Assembly (NCBI GenBank): GCA_963805975.1
Contig: CAWDVR010000004.1
Coordinates: 416,001-480,000 of the forward strand
Reading direction: 5' to 3'
DNA: 64,000 nucleotides
DNA from: an uncultured Acidobacteriota bacterium
GTDB lineage: Bacteria; Acidobacteriota; Thermoanaerobaculia; Multivoradales; SZUA-115
Shown: piece after piece, positions 1-10,435 of the stretch
How the letters are laid out: every line of letters starts with the position of its first letter
Position numbering within the stretch: position 1 is the first letter of the stretch
Position numbers and translations under genes: made by a program
Notes under the pieces: generated by a model
The model's input: only the letters and a program-made list of their open reading frames with translations
What the model was told of the DNA's origin: nothing
Database searches by the model: none

Positions 1-3000
1 AGCCCTGGTTGGAGATGGTGGCTCCGCCCAGGCCGCTGCCGATCACCGCCTCGATGGTGATGGTCACCGAGCCGCCGCCGGGGATCGGGCCGTTCCAGGT
101 CACAGTGTTGGTCCCTACGTCCGCCAGCACCGTGCCGCTGGTGGCGCTGGCGGAGATCAGCGTCACCTCCGGCGGCAGCACGTCCTCGAACTCGTCGCCG
201 GGGTTGTCGAGCTGCGCCAGGCCGGTGTTGTTGATCACCACGGTGTAGGTGATCGAGCCGCCTTCGATGAAGCTGCCGGAGACCGTCTTCGAGGCCCCGA
301 GGGCGGCCGGCGAGCCCACCACGAAGGTGGTCGGGTCGGCGGCGCCGGGCTGGCCCGGATCGTCCGTCGAGCCGGAGGCCTCGTTGCTGCCGTTGCCGTC
401 CACGTCGGAGCGTACGGTGCCCTGGTTGGAGACCGTCTGGAACTCGGTGCCGGCCTCGATGGTGGCGGTGATGGTGATGGTCACCGAGCCGCCGGCGGGC
501 ACCGAGCCGTTCCAGGTCACGGTGTTGGTGCCGACGGTGGCGACCGCCGTGCCGCTGGTGGCGCTGGCCGACACCAGGGTGAGCTGCGAGGGCAGCACGT
601 CGCTGAACTCGTCGCCGGTGTTGTTCTGCTGGTCGAAAGAGCTCGAGTTGTTGAGCGTCACGGTGTAGGTCACGGTGCCGCCGACGCTGAAGGTGCCGGC
701 GACGGTCTTGGTCGAGGAAACGGTCGCCGGCGAGAGCACGGTGACGGTGGCGGACGCCGCGTTGTTGGCGTTGTCCGGGTCGGCGGTGGTGGAAGCGGCC
801 GTGCCGTTGTTGGTCAGCGGTCCGGCCATGTTGGGCGCCGTGAAGGTGAGCGACAGCGTGGCGTCCTCACGGGTCTGGGCGCCGAGGCTGGGGATGCTCC
901 ACACGCCGGTCGCCGGGTTGTAGACCCCGGAGGAAGGCGTGCTGGCGGTCGGCGCCAGGGGCTCGAAGCCGGGGAAGAGCTCGTTGACGGCGATCGAGAA
1001 GGCCGAGTCGTCGCCGGTGTTGGTGGCCGTCAGGTCGATGTCGAAGCTGCCACCGACCAGCACCGTCGGGGTGCTGGCGGTCATCGCGAGGTCGAGGTCC
1101 GCCGACTCCGGCGCGTTGACGATGACGCGCGAAGAGTTGTCGCTGGGGTCGGGGTCGATCGGGCTCGAGGCCGAGATCCGGGCCAGGTTCTCGAGCTCGG
1201 AGGTGGTGTCGAGAGTGGCCGTGATCTGCAGGCTGGCGGAGGCCGCCGCCGCCAGGGCGGGGATGGTCCAGGTGCCGGTCGCCGGCACATAGGCACCGGC
1301 GCCGTTGTCGGAGACGTAGGTCATGCCCACCGGCAGCACATCGACGACGCTGATCGCGGTGGCCGCGCCGGGCCCGTTGTTGGTCACCGTCAGGGTGAAG
1401 ACGACGTTGTCGCCGACGTTCGGGCTGGCCGGGCTCATGCCCTTGGTGAGCGAGAGGTCCGCGGTCTGCGCGGTGTCGAGCGGCACGATCTCGGTGCGGC
1501 TGCCCTCGGTGTTGTGATGGTGCAGCAGGAGGGCGCCCGGCGAGCCGTTGGCCGTCATGTTGGCGGTGTTCCAGGTCACCGGCACGGTGTCGCCGTTCAG
1601 GTCCTCGAACAGGAAGCCGCCGCCGAAGTCGAGGCCGCGGGCCGCGCGGCTCCAGGTGACGAAGCCGGCGCCCGAGTTGTCGAAGCCCGAGCCCGGAACG
1701 AAGGCCGGCAGCGCGCTACAGAGCGGCGAGAAGTACGGGCAGGTCTCGATGCGGTAGCGGAAGTTGTCGTTGCCGGCCGCGAGACCGATGGCCGTGGCCT
1801 GCACCGGGATCACCATCACGTTGTTGGCCATCAGGGCGCTGTCGATGGTGGCCGGCGTGGTGTTGATGAAGAACTGCGAGCCCACCGTGCCGGGCGGCGT
1901 GAAGACGAAGGAGACGTAGTTGTCCTGCGGGTTGTCGGCCGTCGAGCCGAAGAGGTGGCGTGACACCGCTCCCAGGCTCGAGTTGAAGACCACCCGGTCC
2001 CAGGTGCCGTCCTCGTTGTTGTCGATCCAGATGTTGAACACGGTCTCGTTGGCAGAGGACCAGTCGTTCCAGGAGGAGACGCCGAAGAAGATCGTGGCGC
2101 CGGTGGGGTCTGCCGCGACACCCGCGTACTGCAGGTCCGCGGCGCTCGCGGCGAGCGGGATGGCCGGGTTCACCGGGCTCTGGATCTGGAGCTCGAAGGG
2201 CGACACCAGGCCCACCTCGTCGGTGGGGAAGCTGCCGGTGCAGGCCGGGCCGGCGCCGAGGGTGCCGGTGCAGAAGTCCGTGCCGGTGAGGGCGATGGTG
2301 GTCGAGCCGGTGGGGGCACCACCGGTCACGATCGAGCCGGCGCCCATCTGGGTCGCCGGGCGCGGCGCAGAGTAGACGGGCACCCGCAAGCGCAGGGTCG
2401 CGGACTGGCTGAAGGTGATGTAGCCCGCCTCCTCGTTCAGCCGGTGGCGGGGGAGGGCGCCGAGACCGGCGAGGCCGGCCGGGGCGGTCACCGCCTGGGC
2501 CGTGGCCACGGTGCCTTCGTAGGCGTTGTCCATGGCGTTGGCGTTGGCGTCCATCTGCACGGTGAAGGTGGCGGTGCCGCCGGCCGGCACGGTGACGCTC
2601 GAGCCGCCGGGCAGCGAGAAGGCGACGCCCGGCGAGTCGACCACGGTGTCGACGGCGAGGTCGTAGGTCTGGGCCGTGGCGCCGTGGTTGACTACCCGCA
2701 CGGTCCGCGTGCGGGTCTGCAAGCCCACGATCTGAGTGCCGAAGGACACCGAGACCAGGCCCGGGTCGTCGGCGCTCATCGCGATCACCTGGCCGGTGGC
2801 GGCCCGCGAAACGTCTGCGCGGCCGGCGCCCACGCGGCCGGGGCCGAAGCGCGGCGGCGCGCCGTTGGCACCCAGGGTCGGGTCGTGGGTGGCGTAGTTC
2901 ATAGCCAGCGCCTTGAGCTCCTCGACCGTCCAGGTCGGGTGCTCCTGTCGCAGCAGCGCCATCATGCCCGCGATGTGCGGCGTCGCCATCGAGGTGCCGT

Positions 3001-4921
3001 TGTTGTTGAACGCGTTGTTGCCCGCGTTGGTGAAGCTGACGTTGCACTGCGGCGCGCAGCTGCCGCCGGCAAAGCCGACGCCGGTGAGCGACGAGGTGAT
3101 GGTCTGGCCGGGCGCCGCGATGTCCGGCTTGAGCTTGATCGGCGAGGCGATGCGGCGCGGGCCGCGGGCGGAGAAGGTGGCGATGGTGTCGCCGGCGTTG
3201 GCGCCGGCGAGGGTGGCGTTGACCGTACCTGCCGGCTGGGCCTTGATCGCGTTGCCGGTGGCGAGCGAGATCGAGATCGCCGGCACCGTCACATCGAAGC
3301 CGGCGGCGCCGCCCATGACGTTCGGTACCGGGTCGCCCGCGGCGTTGTTGGCCACGATGACACCGATGGCGCCCGCCGTCTGGGCGTTCTGGACCTTGAC
3401 CGTGAAGTTGCACGTGCCGCGGTCGACGAGCACGATGTTGCCGGCGATCGCCGCCGCGTTGGTGAAGGCACAGCAGCCGTCGGTGGCCGAGGCGCCGCAG
3501 GTGGCCGCCGGGGTCGTGGGGTCGATGCCCACCACCACGGTCGCGGTCTGGCCCGACGGCGCCGGGGTCGGTGGCACGGTGTCGCCCGTGAAGGCGTGGT
3601 TGGCAGCCGGGTAGTTGCCGGCGATGGCGCCCGGAGCGTTGACCGTCAGCAGGGCGCCCGGCAGCCCGCTGTCCTGGATCGCCGCGACGTTGATCGAGCG
3701 CCCGGAGGAGGCGGGGCTCGAGGTGATGAAGTAGCTGTCGCCGGCGTTGCCGGAGGCCGCGGCGACGATCACCCCGACCAGCGAGGCGTTCTCGGCCGCC
3801 AGCGCGCTGGTGTCGTTGGCGCTGCCGTAGTTCGAGCCCAGGGACATGTTGATCACGTCCAGGCGGTCGGTGAAGTCGCTGTCGTCGTTGGGGTCGGTCG
3901 CCCAGTCGATCGCCTGCACGGTGAGCACGGTCGAGCCCTGGCAGCCGAAGACGCGCAGGCCGTAGAGCGTCGCCTGGGGCGCCACGCCGGGGCCGATGCG
4001 CAGCGTGCCGAAGGGCGTCGCCGGGCCGTAGGGGCCGGTGTAGCTGGAACCGTCGGAGTTGACGCCGCCGCCCGCGGCCGAGCCCGCCACGTGGGTGCCG
4101 TGGCTGTTGCAGTCCATGGGGTCCGGATCGGGCGCCGGGACGGTGCTGCCGGTCGAGCCGCCGTTGCCGCCGGCGTTGTAGGTGTCGCCCGCGAAGTCCT
4201 GCCCGCCGGCCACCCTGGCGTTGGGGAAGAAGGCGTCCGGCGCCACCGTGCGGTCGTTGGCGGTGTAGTCGGCGAGCAGGCCGGTACCACCGAAGTTCGA
4301 ATGCTGGTAGTCGAGGCCGGTGTCGATGATGCCGATGGTGACCCCGGTGCCGGTCAGGTTCACGCCCAGGCCCAGGGTGTCGCCCCAGGCCGGCGGAGCG
4401 CCGAGGAACGGCACGCTGGTCGAGTTCGACGGCACGTCGGGGTAGAGGAGGCGCACCGCGTTCACTCCCGGCAGCCGGGCGATGGCCGCGAGCTTGCCCG
4501 GCTCGACGCGCACCGCGATGCCGTTGAGCACCCGCTGCACGCGGTAGACCTCCCGCGCCGCGATAGGCGCGGCGGCGAGCCGGCTCCACACCGCGTCCTG
4601 CGCCGCCCGGTTGGCCTCGCGCTGCTGCCGCGCGACGGCGTTGGCGGACGCCATGGCGGCGGGAGACGGGCCGCCGGCCTCGTCCAGAGCGTTGGCGTAG
4701 ACCACGGCGGACGGCAGGCCGGTGAGCTCGACGAAAGCGTGCAACCGCCCGTCCTCGCCGAGCAGCTCGGATTGGGTTGCCGGATCGAAGGTGTCCACCG
4801 CCACTGCCGGCGCGGCGGTCGGCGCGAAGCTCGCCGCCGACGAGGCCAGGGTGGCCAGACCCAACCCGCAGGCCGCGATCAGGAAGAGGGAGAGGAAGCG
4901 GCGGAACGGTCGTGCTTTCAT
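1..4921 (-). CDS. Large secreted subtilisin-family (S8) serine protease with PA domain and C-terminal DUF11-like Ig repeats; runs off the window edge
   Basis: Absent from the ORF track because it has no stop in the window. Manual translation from ATG 4921 (GGAGG RBS): signal peptide MKARPFRRFLSLFLIAACGLG; triad motifs IGIIDTGLD, HGTHVAG, NNGTSMATPHIAG; PA motif VLVDRGTCNFTVK; repeats such as ADLSLTK...VVFTLTVTNNGP. The frame at position 2 matches the start frame (..TISNQG). Confidence 0.9.
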   Translation of the reverse strand, partial: MKARPFRRFLSLFLIAACGLGLATLASSAASFAPTAAPAVAVDTFDPATQSELLGEDGRLHAFVELTGLPSAVVYANALDEAGGPSPAAMASANAVARQQREANRAAQDAVWSRLAAAPIAAREVYRVQRVLNGIAVRVEPGKLAAIARLPGVNAVRLLYPDVPSNSTSVPFLGAPPAWGDTLGLGVNLTGTGVTIGIIDTGLDYQHSNFGGTGLLADYTANDRTVAPDAFFPNARVAGGQDFAGDTYNAGGNGGSTGSTVPAPDPDPMDCNSHGTHVAGSAAGGGVNSDGSSYTGPYGPATPFGTLRIGPGVAPQATLYGLRVFGCQGSTVLTVQAIDWATDPNDDSDFTDRLDVINMSLGSNYGSANDTSALAAENASLVGVIVAAASGNAGDSYFITSSPASSGRSINVAAIQDSGLPGALLTVNAPGAIAGNYPAANHAFTGDTVPPTPAPSGQTATVVVGIDPTTPAATCGASATDGCCAFTNAAAIAGNIVLVDRGTCNFTVKVQNAQTAGAIGVIVANNAAGDPVPNVMGGAAGFDVTVPAISISLATGNAIKAQPAGTVNATLAGANAGDTIATFSARGPRRIASPIKLKPDIAAPGQTITSSLTGVGFAGGSCAPQCNVSFTNAGNNAFNNNGTSMATPHIAGMMALLRQEHPTWTVEELKALAMNYATHDPTLGANGAPPRFGPGRVGAGRADVSRAATGQVIAMSADDPGLVSVSFGTQIVGLQTRTRTVRVVNHGATAQTYDLAVDTVVDSPGVAFSLPGGSSVTVPAGGTATFTVQMDANANAMDNAYEGTVATAQAVTAPAGLAGLGALPRHRLNEEAGYITFSQSATLRLRVPVYSAPRPATQMGAGSIVTGGAPTGSTTIALTGTDFCTGTLGAGPACTGSFPTDEVGLVSPFELQIQSPVNPAIPLAASAADLQYAGVAADPTGATIFFGVSSWNDWSSANETVFNIWIDNNEDGTWDRVVFNSSLGAVSRHLFGSTADNPQDNYVSFVFTPPGTVGSQFFINTTPATIDSALMANNVMVIPVQATAIGLAAGNDNFRYRIETCPYFSPLCSALPAFVPGSGFDNSGAGFVTWSRAARGLDFGGGFLFEDLNGDTVPVTWNTANMTANGSPGALLLHHHNTEGSRTEIVPLDTAQTADLSLTKGMSPASPNVGDNVVFTLTVTNNGPGAATAISVVDVLPVGMTYVSDNGAGAYVPATGTWTIPALAAAASASLQITATLDTTSELENLARISASSPIDPDPSDNSSRVIVNAPESADLDLAMTASTPTVLVGGSFDIDLTATNTGDDSAFSIAVNELFPGFEPLAPTASTPSSGVYNPATGVWSIPSLGAQTREDATLSLTFTAPNMAGPLTNNGTAASTTADPDNANNAASATVTVLSPATVSSTKTVAGTFSVGGTVTYTVTLNNSSSFDQQNNTGDEFSDVLPSQLTLVSASATSGTAVATVGTNTVTWNGSVPAGGSVTITITATIEAGTEFQTVSNQGTVRSDVDGNGSNEASGSTDDPGQPGAADPTTFVVGSPAALGASKTVSGSFIEGGSITYTVVINNTGLAQLDNPGDEFEDVLPPEVTLISASATSGTVLADVGTNTVTWNGPIPGGGSVTITIEAVIGSGLGGATISNQG

Positions 4922-5240
4922 CGGCAATGCCTCCATCGCAAAGGACTCGAGCGGAGAGACGAACCCCGGGGTGACAGGCTCTTTTCTGTCGGGGGCAGAC
5001 GTATTGTTTTCGAGTGTCGAAATGTACCCGCGGCCTGTAGGGAAGTCAATGCTTTTCCCGCATTCGAGGCTTGCGCGAAGCAGTTTGGGGAGCGCTCGCG
5101 AGGTCCCGGTCGTCCAGAGCTGATCCAAGCCCCTGGATTGCACCGCGGAAATTTGAACAGGCCGCGCCCCCGGAGCCGGCCCTGCTGGCGCTTGAGCTAG
5201 AATTCGGCCAGTTTTTTCCAGTCTCCGAGATGCCCTGTCG

Positions 5241-5256
5241 TGGCATCTCGATTGCT
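5241..5256 (+). promoter_or_regulatory. Sigma-54 -24/-12 promoter upstream of the TonB-dependent receptor
   Basis: TGGCAT-CTCGA-TTGCT matches TGGCAC-N5-TTGCW, about 45 bp before the ATG at 5301. Confidence 0.7.
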
Positions 5257-5300
5257 CCTCTCGCGGTGGACGAACCACCGGCGAGAAGAAGGAGGACGCG

Positions 5301-8204
5301 ATGATCTCGAGCAGGTTCTTTCAACGAGCGCCCGCTGCCCTGGCGGCGATGCTCTTGCTCTTCGGCGCGCTGGCCGCGGCCGGGCCCGCCGTGGCGCAGT
5401 TGCAGTACGGCGACCTCTACGGCACGGTCACCGATCAGGACGGGCAGCCGCTCCCCGGCGTGACCGTGACCGTCACCGGGGTCGGCGCACCGCGGGTGCA
5501 GGCGACCGACGAGACCGGCGGCTTCCGGTTCCTGAACCTCTCCCCTGGCGTCTACGCCGTCAGCGCTCAGCTCGACGGCTTCTCGACGGTGGAGTACCCG
5601 GACATCGCGGTCGAGCTCGGCGGCAAGAAGAACCTCCAGATCCAGCTCAGCTCGTCGATCCGCGAAACCATCACCGTCACCGGCGACGCGCCGCTCCTCG
5701 ACGAGCGTCAGGTCAGCCGCGGTACCAGCGTGCCCGCGAGAGACCTCGACAGCGTGCCGACCGCCCGCGACCCGTGGGCGCTCCTCGCCCTCGCTCCCGG
5801 CGTGCAGGTCGACCGCGTCAACGTCGGCGGCAACGAGAGCGGCCAGCAGTCCGGCTTCCTGGGCCCCGGCGCCTCCGGCACCGAGAACACCTTCTCGGTC
5901 GACGGCGTGATCTTGAACGACATGGCCGCGGTCGGCGCCTCCGCCACCTACTTCGACTTCGGCGCCTTCGAGGAGGTGCAGTTCACGACCTCCTCGGCCG
6001 ACGTCACCGTGGCCACCGCCGGCGTGACCATCAACCAGGTCACCAAGCGCGGCACCAACAACTGGCGCGCCGAAGGCCGCTACCTGCGCACCGACGGCGA
6101 TCTGCAGTCCGAGCCGACGGTCGTCAACGGCAACAAGATCGACTCGGTGCAGGAGTACGGGGCCAATGTCGGCGGTCCGCTGGTCAAGGACCATCTCTGG
6201 ATCTGGGGCTCCTACGGCGAGAGCGACATCCGCAACCTGGCGCCGTCCCCGGTCGGCGATGGGCGCCTGAGCGACCACACCCAGCTCGAGGACTTCAACA
6301 GCAAGCTCAACTTCCAGCTCGGCCAGGAGACCTCGGGCGTCCTCCACTACTGGACGAACGACAAGCAGAAGTTCGGCCGCGTCTCCACCTTCCTCGGCAA
6401 CCCGCTGGTCGAATCGACGCACGACCAGACGACCCCGCAGGACATCTACAAGGTGGAGGCCACGCGCCTCTTCGGCACCAGCTTCGTGCTCACCGGGCTG
6501 TGGGGGAGAGACGACGGCATCTTCACCCTCGCCCCGAAGGGGGGCCGCGACGCCGACGTCTTCACCGACGGGGACAACGTCCTCCACGGCTCGAGCTTCG
6601 ACTTTTTCCAGGACGCGATCATCGACCAGGGGCGGCTCGACGGCAACTACTTCGTGGCGGCCGGCAAGGTCAGCCACGAGCTCAAGTTCGGCGTCGGCTT
6701 CCGCGAGCAGGAGAACCACTCGACCACGGTATGGCCGCGCGGCGTCAACGTCTTCTATCTCGACGGCGAGCTCGCCCTGGCGCGCTTCAACCGCAACCGG
6801 GTGCTGGGCGTCAAGAGCGAGTACGACTCGGCCTGGCTGCAGGACACCTTGAGCCTGGACCGCTGGACGATCGCGGCCGGCCTGCGCTACGACAAGCAGA
6901 GCGGCGAGAACCTGGCCAGCATCTCGCCCGCCAACCCGCGGGCGCCGGACGACATCATTCCCGAGCTGCGCTTCCAGGGCAACGACGCCGGTGGCTTCGA
7001 GTGGGAGACGGTGGTGCCCCGCGTCTCCGTCACCTACGCCGCCGGTGAGAATCGGCAGACTCTCGCCCGCGCCTCGTTCTCACAGTATGCCCAGCAGCTC
7101 AGCCAGGGCCGCATCAGCACCGTCAACCCGGCCGGCGGCTACTCCTACGCCTACTACTACTTCACCGACGCCAACGGCAACCTGGTGCTCGATCCCGGCG
7201 AGACCCCGAGCCTCTACTTCGGCTACACCTACAACATCAACGCCGACGATCCGGGATCGTTGATCTCCCCCAGCTTCAACGACCCCAACCTCGACCCGGC
7301 GATGACCGACGAGGTCACCCTCGGCCTCGAGCACGCCTTCGCGACCGACTTCGCCGGCGGCGTGAGCCTCATCTGGCGCCAGACCACGGACGTGATCGAG
7401 CAGTTCACGCTGGTGACCGACCCGGTGACCGGAGCGGTGCGGCGGTGGACCCGCAACGACTTCGAGTTCCAGGAGACGGTGACCGGGACCCTGCCCGACG
7501 GCTCGATCGGCTCGGGCGATGTCTATCGCCTGCGGGACGGCATCGAGCCTACCGGCGGCTCCTTCATCAGCAACGGCGACAGCAGCCACGAGTACCTGGG
7601 GATCACCGCCAACTTCACCAAGCGCCTGTCCAACCGCTGGTCGGCTCGGGGCCACCTGACCTGGAACGACTGGAAGTGGAACATCGGTCCGGAGTCCCTG
7701 CTCCACGACGATCCCACCAACACCACCGGCGACGGGTTGGACGATTCCGGAAACGACGACAACTACACCGAGGCGTCGGGAGGCGCCAAGGGAGACGTCT
7801 TCGTGGGCTCGCGCTGGGGCTACGGCCTCTCCGGCCTCTACCAGATCGCGCCCGACCAGCCCTGGGGCTTCAACGTCGCCGCCAGCCTGACCGGCCGCGA
7901 GGGCTACGCCTCGCCGCCGGTGTTCCGTGCCTCGCGGGGCAGCGCCGGAAGGGTGCTGGTGGAGATGTCGGACTCGATCGACGAGTTCAGCAACGACGAC
8001 ATCCTGTTGCTCGATGCCCGCGTCGAGAAGGAGTTCACGGTCGGCGACCTCACCATGCTGGTCGGTGTCGACGGCTTCAACCTGCTCAACGAGGACTACA
8101 TCCTGCAGCGCGACCGCCGGCTCGACCTGGGCAGCGCCAACGTGGTCCGCGAGCGACTCTCCCCGCGGGTCTTCCGCGTCGGCGTGACGCTGCGCTATCG
8201 CTAG
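5301..8204 (+). CDS. TonB-dependent receptor (Oar-like) with N-terminal carboxypeptidase-regulatory-like domain
   Basis: Signal peptide; GTVTDQDGQPLPGVTVTV; plug region ARDPWALLALAPGV, NTFSVDGV, INQVTKRGTN; C-terminal beta strand PRVFRVGVTLRYR. Confidence 0.9.
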   Translation: MISSRFFQRAPAALAAMLLLFGALAAAGPAVAQLQYGDLYGTVTDQDGQPLPGVTVTVTGVGAPRVQATDETGGFRFLNLSPGVYAVSAQLDGFSTVEYPDIAVELGGKKNLQIQLSSSIRETITVTGDAPLLDERQVSRGTSVPARDLDSVPTARDPWALLALAPGVQVDRVNVGGNESGQQSGFLGPGASGTENTFSVDGVILNDMAAVGASATYFDFGAFEEVQFTTSSADVTVATAGVTINQVTKRGTNNWRAEGRYLRTDGDLQSEPTVVNGNKIDSVQEYGANVGGPLVKDHLWIWGSYGESDIRNLAPSPVGDGRLSDHTQLEDFNSKLNFQLGQETSGVLHYWTNDKQKFGRVSTFLGNPLVESTHDQTTPQDIYKVEATRLFGTSFVLTGLWGRDDGIFTLAPKGGRDADVFTDGDNVLHGSSFDFFQDAIIDQGRLDGNYFVAAGKVSHELKFGVGFREQENHSTTVWPRGVNVFYLDGELALARFNRNRVLGVKSEYDSAWLQDTLSLDRWTIAAGLRYDKQSGENLASISPANPRAPDDIIPELRFQGNDAGGFEWETVVPRVSVTYAAGENRQTLARASFSQYAQQLSQGRISTVNPAGGYSYAYYYFTDANGNLVLDPGETPSLYFGYTYNINADDPGSLISPSFNDPNLDPAMTDEVTLGLEHAFATDFAGGVSLIWRQTTDVIEQFTLVTDPVTGAVRRWTRNDFEFQETVTGTLPDGSIGSGDVYRLRDGIEPTGGSFISNGDSSHEYLGITANFTKRLSNRWSARGHLTWNDWKWNIGPESLLHDDPTNTTGDGLDDSGNDDNYTEASGGAKGDVFVGSRWGYGLSGLYQIAPDQPWGFNVAASLTGREGYASPPVFRASRGSAGRVLVEMSDSIDEFSNDDILLLDARVEKEFTVGDLTMLVGVDGFNLLNEDYILQRDRRLDLGSANVVRERLSPRVFRVGVTLRYR

Positions 8205-8235
8205 CCGCGGGGTCATCCTCACGAGGCTGGTGACG

Positions 8236-8265
8236 AGGGCGGTCCTGGGGACCGCCCTTTCGTTT
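8236..8265 (+). terminator. Intrinsic terminator after the TonB receptor
   Basis: Hairpin AGGGCGGTCC-TGG-GGACCGCCCT followed by TTCGTTT. Confidence 0.6.
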
Positions 8266-8322
8266 GGGTGCGGCCGGCGTCGTGGCCGCTGCCCTTCGAC
8301 ACCGCTGCTAGACTGCCGCGCG

Positions 8323-10435
8323 ATGAGGGTCCGACACCTCCATCTCGGGCTCGCCGCCTGCCTCCTCGCTCCCGCGCTCGTCACCTGCGGTGCCGCGCCC
8401 GCCCCGGCCTCCGGACCGACGGCGGCCGGCGGCGACGTGGTGCTGGTGACGCTCGACACGGTCCGCGCCGACGCTCTGGGCTTCGCCGGCAACGTCAAGG
8501 CGAAGACGCCGGTGCTCGACCGCCTGGCCGCGGCCGGGCGCCACTTCCCCAACGCGCACGCCCACAACGTCATCACCCTGCCGTCGCACGCCAACATCCT
8601 GACCGGGCTCTACCCGTTCCAGCACGGCGTGCGCGAGAACAGCGGCTTCATCCTGCGAACCGAGGTGCCGACGCTCGCGACCCTGCTGAGCACGGCCGGC
8701 TATCAGACGGCAGCTTTCATCGGCGCCTTTCCGCTCGACTCGCAGTTCGGGCTCGACCGCGGCTTCGCCGTCTACGACGACCGCGTGCCCAAGGGCTCGC
8801 GGCCGGCGGAGCTGGTGCTCCCCGAACGGCGCGGGGACGAGGTGGTGACGGCGGCCCTCGCCTGGTGGAAGGCGCAGGCGGGCAAGAAGCGCTTTCTGTG
8901 GGTCCACCTCTTCGACGCCCACGCGCCGTACGCTCCGCCCGAGCCCTTCGCCTCGCGCTTCAGGGACGATCCCTATCTCGGCGAGGTGGCGGCGCTGGAC
9001 TCGTTCCTGGCGCCTCTCCTCGAGCCGTTCCTCGCCGGCCGCGAGGCACCGGCCCTGGTGGTGGTCACCGCGGACCACGGCGAGTCGCTGGGCGAGCACG
9101 GCGAGCTGACGCACGGCCTCTTCGCCTACGAGGCGACGCTCCGGGTGCCGCTCGTGGTGTGGACGAACGGCGTGACTCCCGGCCGCGACGAGCGGCCGGC
9201 GCGGCATGTGGACATCGTACCCACGGTGCTCGAGGCGGTGGGCGTGCCGCGCCCGCAGAACCGGGACTTCCCGCTGCCCGGCCGCTCGCTCCTCGCGCCC
9301 CCGCCCACCGGCCGTTCCGCCGACACCTACTTCGAGTCGCTGTCGGCGGCCCTCAACCGCGGCTGGGCGCCGCTCCGCGGCCTGATCCGCGACGGCAGGA
9401 AGGCGATCGACCTGCCACTCGCCCGAGCTCTACGACCTGCCGCAGGACCCCGGCGAAACGACCAACCTCGCCGAGCGGGAGCCCGCGCGTCTCTCCGAGC
9501 TGGTGACGGCCGTGCCCGCGGCCTCGGGCTGGCCTCTGCCGGCACGCACGGAGATCCCGCCCGAGACCGCGGCGCGCCTGCGCGCTCTGGGCTACGTCTC
9601 CTTCGCGGCGCCGGCCAGGTCGACCTTCGGACCGGAGGACGATCCGAAGCGGCTGATCGGCCTCGACCGGAAGATCCACCAGGTGGTGGAGCTCTACTCC
9701 CTGGGCAAGGCGAAGGAGGCCGTGGCGCTCGCCCGGGAGCTGGTGGCCGGGCGCCCCGACATGTCGATCGGCTACTCCTTTCTCGCCCAGGCGCTGCTCG
9801 AGGCCGGGGACACCCCCGGGGCCGTCGAGGTGATGAATGCCGCGCGCACCCGGGGCGTCGCTTCCGAGAGCCTGCTGCGCCAGCTCGCGCTGTCGCTCAC
9901 CGAGGTGGGCCGGGCCGGCGAGGGGGTGGCGCTGCTCGCGCCGCTCACCGAGACCCGTGACCCCGAGACGCTCGTCACCTACGGGCAGGTGCTCACCGAG
10001 GCCGGCCGGCAGCAGGAGGCGGCGCAAGTGCTCCAGCAGGTCCTGGCGCGCGACCCCGAGCACCCCAAGGCGCACGAGACCCTGGGATTGATCGCGCTGC
10101 GCGTCGGCCGCTTCGCGGAGGCACGCGATGCCTCCCGGAAGGCTCTCTCGCTCAACGCCGGCCTTCCCCTCGCCTGGAACAACCTCGGCGTGGCGCTCTA
10201 TCAGCTCGGGGACGTGCCCGCCGCGCTCGACGCCTGGGAGAAGGCCGTGACGCTCGACCCCAAGCTCTACGACGCGCTCTACAACCTGGGCTTCAAGGCC
10301 GCGGAGCACGGCCGCCCGCAGGTGGCGAGGAAGGCCCTCGAGCGCTTCGCCGCCACCGCGCCGCCGGCGCGCTACGGCCGGGACGTCGAGGAGGCGAAGC
10401 GGATGCTGGCGCGGCTGAAGGCGGCGGGTGGATGA
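8323..10435 (+). CDS. Sulfatase-like (alkaline phosphatase superfamily) lipoprotein with C-terminal TPRs; +1 frameshift near 9421
   Basis: Lipobox LVTC; VLVTLDTVRAD, TLPSHANILTG, TADHGE. At ..DLPL an extra base shifts into PELYDLPQDPGETTNL, which continues as ORF 9503-10435 (LRALGY, TPRs). Confidence 0.85.

Noticed and set aside
1716-5200. Long ORFs 1716-4589 (-) and 2444-5200 (+)
   Set aside because: Shadow frames of the subtilase gene; Arg/Gly/Pro-rich translations typical of high-GC off-frames.
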